IMG/VR virus record: IMGVR_UViG_3300010885_055964
Span: 114,027-178,026 of that record
Strand: one strand, 5' to 3'
Source of the DNA: a virus
Length of the DNA: 64,000 bases
Positions within the stretch are counted from its first letter, which is position 1; each line of letters begins with the position of its first letter. The translations under genes were made by a program, and so were the position numbers. A model generated the notes under the pieces. It saw only the letters and a program-made list of their open reading frames with translations. It ran no database searches and had not been told where the DNA came from. Below are positions 56,567 to 64,000 of this stretch, piece after piece.

Positions 56567-58147
56567 ATGTCATCTTCATTACTACCTAACGACAACGCTT
56601 CATTTTTGCCGATCACGCCTACAGATGGGCAGAGGTTCTCAGACGCGCAGGGCGTGCAATGGATTTACTGTGCACAGAAAAGAGTATGGGAAAAGAGAGG
56701 AGTAGTCGATAGTATACCGGTAGCGACAAGCACACAACCTGGCTTATTGCCCGCACGTTTGAAAAAAGTAATAGACAGAGTTCCAGCAGTGGGTGGTGGC
56801 TTCGGGATTATAGCTGATACCAAGACCATATTAAAAAGTCCTACTAATCCTAATGGTGTAATCACTGGTGATATTAAGTTAGTAAGTGAAAGCTTACGCA
56901 TCAGATGTGTAGATGCTCAGTCCAAGAAGATAACTCCTACTTGCAGCTCTATCGAGATATTAGACTGTGGTGGTGAGAACGTCACTGGTAATAGAGCCGG
57001 TCTTGAATTCTCACTAAGCACTAAATTTCTTAATACCTTATTTATAGATGCAGCAGGAGATAATGGCAAGAAAGGCGTAGATGGAGAAAAAGGCCCGACA
57101 GGCATCCCAGGATATGACTACACTGGGCCCAAAGGCAATCGTGGGTCTAAAGGTAGAGATATATCAACATTATGTCAATTAGATGGTATATTGATCAATG
57201 ACATAGAAGGTATGGCAGACAGTGCTATAGTCGACTTACAGATTAAGGACGATAATGGGCACGGATGCAAATTAATAGTAAACAAAGCCAAGCTAAATCT
57301 AGAAGGTAATCGGCCAGTCGATAAGTTAATAGCTACTAGGCTAAGCCGGACTATAGTTTATAAACCGAGTGATTTCGAGAGCTGTACTGTAAATTCTCTA
57401 GACAAGTGGCAACTTAAAAAGGCTGCTGGTGATACCACACGGCTCAATTTACAACTAGTGCGTTTCGCTAAATCACCAGAAGGAGACGTAGAAAGCCCAG
57501 CTTCATTTAATAGCACGATATCACTGAATACTTTTATTAATGGCATTGTAGCAGAATACAAGAAGAGGTTACAAAAAGTCGATAATCAATGGGGGCAGCA
57601 AGTTAGGCAGTATATTAATGAGTTAGATAACAAAGCTAGAACTATATTATCACAATTAGCTGATGACCTGACACAATGTGAGTTTGCTCTACCAGCTATC
57701 GATTATTGCATTACATTTGAGGAGTGTGGGGGACCAAACCCGCCTCCGCCTCCGACGCCTCCGCCTCCGACGCCGCCGCCTCCGACGCCGCCGCCTCCGA
57801 CTCCGCCGCCGACTCCACCTCCGGTGCCGCCTCCGGCACCTCCGGTGCCGCCTCCTGCGCCTCCGGTGCCGCCTCCTGCGCCTCCGGTGCCGCCCCCTGC
57901 ACCGCCGGTTCCGCCCCCTGCACCTCCGGTGCCGCCCCCTGCACCGCCTGTGCCGCCCCCTGCACCGCCTGTGCCGCCCCCTGCACCGCCGGTGCCGCCC
58001 CCTGCACCGCCGGTTCCGCCGCCATCTAGTCCGCAGGCACAGGCTTCGAAACGAGCCACTGATGTTAACTTACACCAACAGAACACTAGTGTACAAAATG
58101 TGACGATAATCGGTATGGGCAAGAGAAAATGGAACATCAAACTGTGA
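56567..58147 (+). CDS. fibre-like virion protein with collagen triplets and polyproline tract
   Basis: FLPITPTDG..WIY..W and AT..PGLL N-terminal fibre motifs; GDNGKKGVDGEKGPTG; (PPVPPPA)10. ATG at 56567 preferred over TTG at 56549. Confidence 0.7.
   Translation: MSSSLLPNDNASFLPITPTDGQRFSDAQGVQWIYCAQKRVWEKRGVVDSIPVATSTQPGLLPARLKKVIDRVPAVGGGFGIIADTKTILKSPTNPNGVITGDIKLVSESLRIRCVDAQSKKITPTCSSIEILDCGGENVTGNRAGLEFSLSTKFLNTLFIDAAGDNGKKGVDGEKGPTGIPGYDYTGPKGNRGSKGRDISTLCQLDGILINDIEGMADSAIVDLQIKDDNGHGCKLIVNKAKLNLEGNRPVDKLIATRLSRTIVYKPSDFESCTVNSLDKWQLKKAAGDTTRLNLQLVRFAKSPEGDVESPASFNSTISLNTFINGIVAEYKKRLQKVDNQWGQQVRQYINELDNKARTILSQLADDLTQCEFALPAIDYCITFEECGGPNPPPPPTPPPPTPPPPTPPPPTPPPTPPPVPPPAPPVPPPAPPVPPPAPPVPPPAPPVPPPAPPVPPPAPPVPPPAPPVPPPAPPVPPPAPPVPPPSSPQAQASKRATDVNLHQQNTSVQNVTIIGMGKRKWNIKL
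57740..58023 (+). repeat. GC-rich tandem repeats encoding PPPPT units then (PPVPPPA) x10
   Basis: Val codons every 21 nt from 57824 to 58013; 15-nt units upstream. Confidence 0.95.
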
Positions 58148-60135
58148 ACAACTTCCCTACTAATCCGAATCATGGTGACATATACGAATATAAGACTGGT
58201 TTATTATATCAATATGATGCTGGAGTTAATGGATGGATACCTGTAGTATCAAATAGTGCGAATATGGAGCTGGCTACACCTATCAAAAGCGGCGCTATGT
58301 CATCAGTAGACTTACATAAGTTAAATAGGCTAGTACTACCATTTCCACAAGCGACCATCATAGGCAATGATTGTGATTTTCCTTTCAGTAGGGGCAATAT
58401 AGCGATATCATCTGGAGACGATTACGTAGGAGTAGATGGACAAGTTAAGGTAAGAAACTTGGACGCTGTAGGTGATGATATAGCTAAATCGATAGACTTT
58501 CAGATACATCAACACACCTATGGGTTCGATTTCACCTTAAATCTACCCAATTTAGTTCAAGATTTAATCCAGTTAGGACAGATCAAAACACAAGGTGGAA
58601 CTGGTCCAAAAGGAGACAGGGGTGTTAAAGGTGATGATGGCATCAATTCATTGTTCGCTGGTCCTCCAGGTGACAAAGGCGAATCAGGTAACGCACCACC
58701 ATGCCAATTAAGCATAGAGACCGAGCCAGTATCAGTTAATCCAAGATATGGGTTAGATAAGGCTTTAGTAGATGTGCGCATTAAAGATCACCCTACTGAT
58801 AGATTAAAATATTACTTGGAATTCGATAGACAGTCGATAGGAGATGATAACAGAGCAGCTACTAGACTAAACGTCGATAAATTCAGTTCTTATTGGGTAG
58901 TGGCTGTTGCTAATCAAGCTGCTGGTAACAAACGAGTATATTATCTGGACGTAGAACCTATTATTAGTGCTATCAAAGACAAATACTTGGAACAAATAGA
59001 ATTACTAAGAGCAGGATATGAGAGCATAACCAAGCATTGGGTTCAAACTATGTCTGACTTATTTGATGAACAAAAGGCTGCATTGTGCTGTGCGTTAGAA
59101 AATTGTATATCTAAGACCAAGGGTGTCGACACTAGACAACATATGGAAACCACAGCTGCGGCTGTGATACCAGACGGAAAAATCAAGATAAATGTGTTCC
59201 CACCGAAAGGATCACCACAATCAGACGTCAGAGAAGTAAGCAATACTCGATTAACTCCTGGTAATGATTGTTATAAAAAGCCGACATCAAAACAAACTGC
59301 GATTAACCAAGTCGTTACGCTTGATGCCGCTGTCCATGTGGGATCAGCCAAGAATGCCAAAAAGGTTACATTACCCAAGGGTAGATATTCTGCAATAATT
59401 AGTAGTATGGGGGTAAAAATAGATGATCAATACGGAAGTCTAATCAGAATACAAAATGTGTGCAATGGATCCACCAAAATATCATCATTTTTGGATCAGG
59501 GTCGATATGATCATCTGCAAGATGCGAAAAGCGCATATGAAGGGTTGTCTCTAGTAGTAAACCATGATGGTGGTGACATTTATTTTTATCTGCCTTCTTA
59601 TCTTGCCAATAATATGAGTGGTGAGGCATCATTAGAGTTGATTCCCACATCAGTTGATGAGCCGACGGTAAATGCTTTAGTCGAGTCACAGAAACTAACA
59701 GCGTCCGAGGATAATATATTCTATTGTTCTATGACGAGTTCTCACCTTAATTGGTATAAAACGGGATGGGAGCAGGGCAACTGCTGTGGTTTGGTAATTA
59801 AGATAGCTGGCCAAGATTATATTATAATCAAAAGAGGACTGGGTACAGATGATGCGTGTGGCGGTGGCGAAGTCGCCACGACGCCATGCATAGAGAGTAG
59901 CAACCACGCATTTAAATCTCATCCATCATTCGCATGGCCCACGCTTAACGGACAAGATTTTGTTCCGATCCCATCTGGCAATATTACATTTAAGTATGAT
60001 GAGGAATTAAATATTGCTGTGAGGGAGAAGATAGGACTTGAACAATATCAGGAACCTCATGGAAATCCGAGCACTCATCGCCATTTGGCATTCCAGCTTG
60101 ATCTGATATTATTTCCGACTATAGACAATGGCTGA
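58129..60135 (+). CDS. fibre-like virion protein, paralog of the upstream gene
   Basis: FPTNPNHG..YQY..W, ATPIKSGAMSSVDLHKL, collagen GGTGPKGDRGVKGDDG, Cys-rich C-terminal domains. Confidence 0.7.
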   Translation: MEHQTVNNFPTNPNHGDIYEYKTGLLYQYDAGVNGWIPVVSNSANMELATPIKSGAMSSVDLHKLNRLVLPFPQATIIGNDCDFPFSRGNIAISSGDDYVGVDGQVKVRNLDAVGDDIAKSIDFQIHQHTYGFDFTLNLPNLVQDLIQLGQIKTQGGTGPKGDRGVKGDDGINSLFAGPPGDKGESGNAPPCQLSIETEPVSVNPRYGLDKALVDVRIKDHPTDRLKYYLEFDRQSIGDDNRAATRLNVDKFSSYWVVAVANQAAGNKRVYYLDVEPIISAIKDKYLEQIELLRAGYESITKHWVQTMSDLFDEQKAALCCALENCISKTKGVDTRQHMETTAAAVIPDGKIKINVFPPKGSPQSDVREVSNTRLTPGNDCYKKPTSKQTAINQVVTLDAAVHVGSAKNAKKVTLPKGRYSAIISSMGVKIDDQYGSLIRIQNVCNGSTKISSFLDQGRYDHLQDAKSAYEGLSLVVNHDGGDIYFYLPSYLANNMSGEASLELIPTSVDEPTVNALVESQKLTASEDNIFYCSMTSSHLNWYKTGWEQGNCCGLVIKIAGQDYIIIKRGLGTDDACGGGEVATTPCIESSNHAFKSHPSFAWPTLNGQDFVPIPSGNITFKYDEELNIAVREKIGLEQYQEPHGNPSTHRHLAFQLDLILFPTIDNG

Positions 60136-60646
60136 ATTAAAGATAGCTCAATTCTGTAGTCTGGCTACTTCCCCATCATGGCACACATGGCTATATAATT
60201 ATGATCGAGCAATATATGACCATTTCATGGTCTCGCTGAAAGAGTCTAAGGGTTGCACTTATAACCGTGAACTGATGACCTTGACGCTGGATAAGGTTAA
60301 AAAGTCGGGTGGGTATGAATTGTTAATCGATTTCATTAATGTTCACTTTCCATATATGGTAGTTGGTGATGGTTTAGGTAAGAGAGCCTCATCAAGAAAG
60401 GATATCATATTTCCTGAATATGTGGCTAATGTTTTAACATATCCGAGAAGGATAATCTTCGAAGGTGAACCAGACCAACTTAATATCAGGATACAAAGAT
60501 TCACCCACGATAAGATTAAACATGACTCGATAGTCATAGGTAATAAAGGGTATGTTGAATATCTGGTAGGGCAGGACTCTAAGATAGCTGATAAGATTCC
60601 ATTAAACAATTGGTTAATAGCGAGCTATCGCAAAAATAATATATGA
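60128..60646 (+). CDS. hypothetical protein
   Basis: 172 aa, coupled to both neighbours. Confidence 0.65.
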   Translation: MAELKIAQFCSLATSPSWHTWLYNYDRAIYDHFMVSLKESKGCTYNRELMTLTLDKVKKSGGYELLIDFINVHFPYMVVGDGLGKRASSRKDIIFPEYVANVLTYPRRIIFEGEPDQLNIRIQRFTHDKIKHDSIVIGNKGYVEYLVGQDSKIADKIPLNNWLIASYRKNNI

Positions 60647-63600
60647 GCAAGAAAAAAGCACCTAAGATGCCGAGAGTACCTGACGAAGATGGGATAGAGC
60701 GTCACGATTCTTACACCAGGGTAAATCCTCAAGGCCACAAAGAATTCGTGACGGATGAGACCGAAGAAACCCTAAATGAATTATCAGATGATATACTACG
60801 TCTACTAGAGAGTATTAGCTTTGGTGGTATGAACCAAACTGGTGGTGGAGCAGGCTCTGCCGAGCAATTGCAAACGGATAGAAGGCATAATAGATTATTA
60901 CCATCCTCGAGGGACGAAGACGAGAACAATATGACAGCGGCTGAACCATTAGCAGCTGATGATCCAGAAACATCTAGGGCCAAATCTGATATTAAGACTA
61001 GCACTATAAGAAATGAAGAATCTCCAAACAAAAATATTATAAGATGTTCATATAGTATTCTAAATGAATCAATGACCGGGACCGGGGCGATCGCCATGGT
61101 TCCTGGTCCACTGAACATTGATGATGATCTAGATGAAGACGAAGACCAAGAAGACAATCAAACGGAGAGCGTCATGATGGCAAAGAATAATGGTCTAACC
61201 AACAGCATCCAAAAGCTGCTCAATGAGTGGGAGCCCAAATTCGTTGCCGGTGAATACTCTCCAGGTGATGGTGGTGTTGAAAGCCCTAAGGGGAAGGGAA
61301 TACAGAGCGGGTCATTAAAGAAGCCAAAGGGCGGTGGTGGTGACAATGGTCTTAAGAATCATGGTGATGCATTTGGTGCTGGGCACAATGAGACAGCAGC
61401 CATGTGCGATGTAGAGGAGAACGGAGTAGAGAATAAGCCACAGGGTGATCATGAATCATCGGTTGGTAAGCCAGATGACGGCCACCAGAGCAAGATGGGG
61501 CATGATTGGCCAGCCCAGCCCAAGAATAAGGGTGGCTCCTTTGAGCCGGTTGGTGGTAACAGATATAGCAATGGCGGCACACTGGGTAGCGTTAAAGAGG
61601 GGTGGTCCCCAGCTAAGATCGGTTCTTTAATGGATGAGGAAGTGAACATCCAGGATCTATTCAACGCATACGCCAAGAGTGTTGATGTAGTGTGCGTTGA
61701 GGACTTCCAGAATATTTGTAACTCTCACGGATTTGCCACCAGATTAACTGAAAAGAATCTAGTGTCGCTAATGTCTATAAATGAAGAGTTTCTATTTTAT
61801 CATGGCGAGGATGCCAACGGCCCATATTGGCAGGTGACTCCATTAGCTAAGAGGCCTTTATCTGAGTTTCAGGTCAGATCTCCGGAAGAGGAAATGATCG
61901 GAGCCGATCCAGATTTTGTCAACGATCATTTAGACAGTAACGATGAGATTGGTGATGATGATTTGCCAGACGATGAGCATGCAGAAGGTGAATATGATGA
62001 TGGTGAAGGCCGATTTGGTGGTGATGGCTGCCCTGAATGTGGTGCTTTCTGTGGTAACGAGATGAGCTGCCCTGAGTGTGGTTGCGAAGTGAACATGGAC
62101 TCTGGTGAGGAAGCCACATTTGGTGGATCCAAGGCATATATTAAGGATATTGGCCCGACAACTCACGATATCGGGCCTTGGGACGATTTTATGGGTGATC
62201 AACGCATAGTTGATCGTGACCCAGCCAGCGATGATGGAAGGATGATGGAGTCGAGAAAGGCGAATCGTAGAGGTGTGTTGCACTTAGAGAATTCTAATAG
62301 TGGCTCTCGAGTCGTATTTTATGTGAAGGAGAATTCTCCTTTAGCTTTAGACCATGATGGTCAACTCGGAGTTGAATTCACTAATCTTATTGAGAGAGCC
62401 GTTGGCTCCGTGGAATGGAGCAATGATGCATTATCGTTTAATCTGCCTCTAGTTAATGGAATGGTGCCGTCAGGCGAGGATGATGCATTTCTTCAGCTAG
62501 TGAACCAAATCAAGGCAGGCAGACATGGAAGAGAGATGCAGTTAGCGTTGAATTCGTTAGAGAATCCGGGTAGTGTTGAAGGTCAACGACCTGGTGATGA
62601 TGAATACTGGCTAGAATACCCTGAGCGGCACGGCCATAAACCTATGGTGGATGAACATGGTCAAGAGTGGATGGTTGGATACGGTGATCAAAATGATGAT
62701 CCAGCTCTTGAGTCTAGATTACATAGATTCTTAACCAATGCTAAGAACATCCTCGAGTCTTCTGCCTCGCGTACTCCATCTCAATTAGCAAAGAGGAAGG
62801 TAGGGCAGGCATTGGCTCGCTCTTGGAGATTGCACGCTGAGGGTGTCGATTTGAGAAATGTGCCACGTGGTGTCCGCAATGTCATTGGTGGTTTGACGCG
62901 TAGGTTTGGTGCTTTCGCGAATGCTATCTCGGAAAGTGAATTGGGTTCTGGTGGGTTTAAACCAGACAAGCTAGATGAGCAACCCACTCCAGAAGACGGC
63001 AAGGATTTGGGTGAGCCATTCGGCAAGAAGCAGACTAACAATCTAGATGGCACACCAGTTATTGCTGGCACAGCCAAAGGTTTGAGTGGCAAATCGACTG
63101 GTAAGATTTCTGCTGCTCTCAAAGAGAATATAGTTAAGCTAAATCGTCATGTTCGGCGTCATTTGCACGAATGTGTCAAAAGTCTACGTGGTAAGCACTC
63201 GTGTGAATTTCAGATTCAGGTGACTGAGGGTAAGTCAGTCAATCTCACGCCGGTCAGAAGGGCTTTGTCTGAAGCTTTGGCTGATGCTGAAGAGATCCTG
63301 CAATATCATGATTCAAAGGATGTGGACCTCAAGGCTAGCTTCAAAGATGCCCGTGGTGAAGTGGTATTAGTTCATGATGTGCCATTACTGACGATTAATC
63401 CTAGAGGGCTAGTAGCTTCTGAAGGAGCAGTGCTTTTCAGATTTAAGAGGAATGCTGAGAGATTCGCTAATAAGGTAGTCGCAGAAGGTAAGACTTGTAA
63501 GGTTGTGCCTCATAGCTGGGGTACAGCTGTGATGGAGTCAAGAAAGGCGAATCGTAGAGGTGTGTACTTAGAGAATATGGGTGGAGCACGTGCTAGCGAT

Positions 63601-64000
63601 ATCGCAAATACGCTCATGAACGCGATAGACAACGCTGACCCAATGGCCATAAGCGGCCCAAACGGTTTGCAGCTATCGTGTGGTCCTTTTGATGAGTACC
63701 CAGATCTGACTGTAGTATTACATGGCGGGCGAGGGCAGCCTCTTTACGTTTCTGTGACTAAAGAGGGTGACAGTGAGACATTCTTAGCCGACGAATCTGG
63801 GGTAAGCCAAGCCGCTGAGTTCATAGTCTCTGTGATGGAGTCAAGAAAGGCGAATCGTAGAGGTGTGTTGCACTTAGAGAATTCTAATAGTGGCTCTCGT
63901 GTCACATTCTTTGTGAAGGAGAATTCTCCTTTAGCTTTAGACCATGATGGTCAACTCGGAGTTGAATTCACTAATCTTATTGAAAGAGCTGTTGGCTCCG
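60643..64000 (+). CDS. large modular acidic protein / putative head polyprotein (3' truncated; absent from ORF track)
   Basis: I translated frame 1 from the ATG at 60643 to the window end (1119 codons) and found no stop. Contains CPECG..CPECG and three MESRKANRRGV copies. Confidence 0.88.
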   Translation, partial: MSKKKAPKMPRVPDEDGIERHDSYTRVNPQGHKEFVTDETEETLNELSDDILRLLESISFGGMNQTGGGAGSAEQLQTDRRHNRLLPSSRDEDENNMTAAEPLAADDPETSRAKSDIKTSTIRNEESPNKNIIRCSYSILNESMTGTGAIAMVPGPLNIDDDLDEDEDQEDNQTESVMMAKNNGLTNSIQKLLNEWEPKFVAGEYSPGDGGVESPKGKGIQSGSLKKPKGGGGDNGLKNHGDAFGAGHNETAAMCDVEENGVENKPQGDHESSVGKPDDGHQSKMGHDWPAQPKNKGGSFEPVGGNRYSNGGTLGSVKEGWSPAKIGSLMDEEVNIQDLFNAYAKSVDVVCVEDFQNICNSHGFATRLTEKNLVSLMSINEEFLFYHGEDANGPYWQVTPLAKRPLSEFQVRSPEEEMIGADPDFVNDHLDSNDEIGDDDLPDDEHAEGEYDDGEGRFGGDGCPECGAFCGNEMSCPECGCEVNMDSGEEATFGGSKAYIKDIGPTTHDIGPWDDFMGDQRIVDRDPASDDGRMMESRKANRRGVLHLENSNSGSRVVFYVKENSPLALDHDGQLGVEFTNLIERAVGSVEWSNDALSFNLPLVNGMVPSGEDDAFLQLVNQIKAGRHGREMQLALNSLENPGSVEGQRPGDDEYWLEYPERHGHKPMVDEHGQEWMVGYGDQNDDPALESRLHRFLTNAKNILESSASRTPSQLAKRKVGQALARSWRLHAEGVDLRNVPRGVRNVIGGLTRRFGAFANAISESELGSGGFKPDKLDEQPTPEDGKDLGEPFGKKQTNNLDGTPVIAGTAKGLSGKSTGKISAALKENIVKLNRHVRRHLHECVKSLRGKHSCEFQIQVTEGKSVNLTPVRRALSEALADAEEILQYHDSKDVDLKASFKDARGEVVLVHDVPLLTINPRGLVASEGAVLFRFKRNAERFANKVVAEGKTCKVVPHSWGTAVMESRKANRRGVYLENMGGARASDIANTLMNAIDNADPMAISGPNGLQLSCGPFDEYPDLTVVLHGGRGQPLYVSVTKEGDSETFLADESGVSQAAEFIVSVMESRKANRRGVLHLENSNSGSRVTFFVKENSPLALDHDGQLGVEFTNLIERAVGS
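62244..62410 (+). repeat. dispersed in-frame repeat, copy 1 (leader-only copy at about 63531-63576; long copy at 63834-64000)
   Basis: Copy 1 versus copy 3: 8 mismatches in 167 nt, cut off by the window end. Copy 2 shares only the MESRKANRRGV(Y)LEN leader. Confidence 0.95.

Noticed and set aside
57678-58173. Arg-, Gly- and Ala-rich ORFs in other frames over the proline tract
   Set aside because: Alternative-frame shadows of the GC-rich repeat, which lacks stops in several frames.
60729-63122. Series of - strand ORFs at the right end
   Set aside because: They are shadows of the continuous + strand frame-1 ORF starting at 60643.
62244-64000. Repeats as a CRISPR array
   Set aside because: Only three copies, separated by about 1290 and 300 nt, all in frame in a coding sequence, and no cas genes in the window.
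40701-64000. Diversity-generating retroelement TR/VR pair (63-bp and 167-bp repeats)
   Set aside because: No reverse transcriptase in the window. The 167-nt pair differs at G, T, C and A positions, mostly synonymously. The 63-bp pair is a simple tandem duplication with too few differences to interpret.
1-64000. Stop-codon reassignment (TAG or TGA recoding)
   Set aside because: Conserved genes (MCP, portal, TerL, RNR) are full length in the standard code, TAA, TAG and TGA all terminate genes, and the single tRNA is an ordinary Gln(TTG), not a suppressor.

Overview
This 64 kb window is a gene-dense, AT-rich segment of a large contractile-tailed phage genome with T4-like (Tevenvirinae-style) head genes. 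It reads in the standard genetic code, almost entirely on the + strand. In order it contains: the end of a primase; a tail/baseplate block (hub, 1603-aa tape measure, tube initiator, gp53, gp5, gp25, gp6); an intein-split class II ribonucleotide reductase; a Myb-repeat protein; a UvsW-like helicase; a sigma-like factor; small and large terminase (the latter with an intein); a holin-like gene plus a papain-family protease; portal, core, prohead protease, scaffold and major capsid genes flanked by two Vsr-like nuclease/Mom-like GNAT fusions; an accessory block (fucosyltransferase-like, tRNA-Gln, DEDDh exonuclease, PhoH, nucleotidyltransferase, MoxR AAA + VWA, trypsin-like protease); two paralogous collagen-containing fibre genes; and a >1119-codon ORF missed by the ORF track that runs off the right end. 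The most notable signals are: (i) that final ORF, built from cassettes headed by a repeated MESRKANRRGV leader; (ii) hydrophobic-x-Glu cleavage/packaging-type tags on several non-structural proteins; (iii) 81 unbroken hydrophobic heptads in the tape measure; (iv) twin nuclease-GNAT fusions, one with an RBS-sequestering hairpin; (v) a candidate late promoter YAAANATA together with a zinc-ribbon-bearing sigma factor; and (vi) several proteases but no recognisable muramidase in the window. All family assignments come from motifs recognised by eye; no database searches were run. A Planctomycetota host is a tentative inference.
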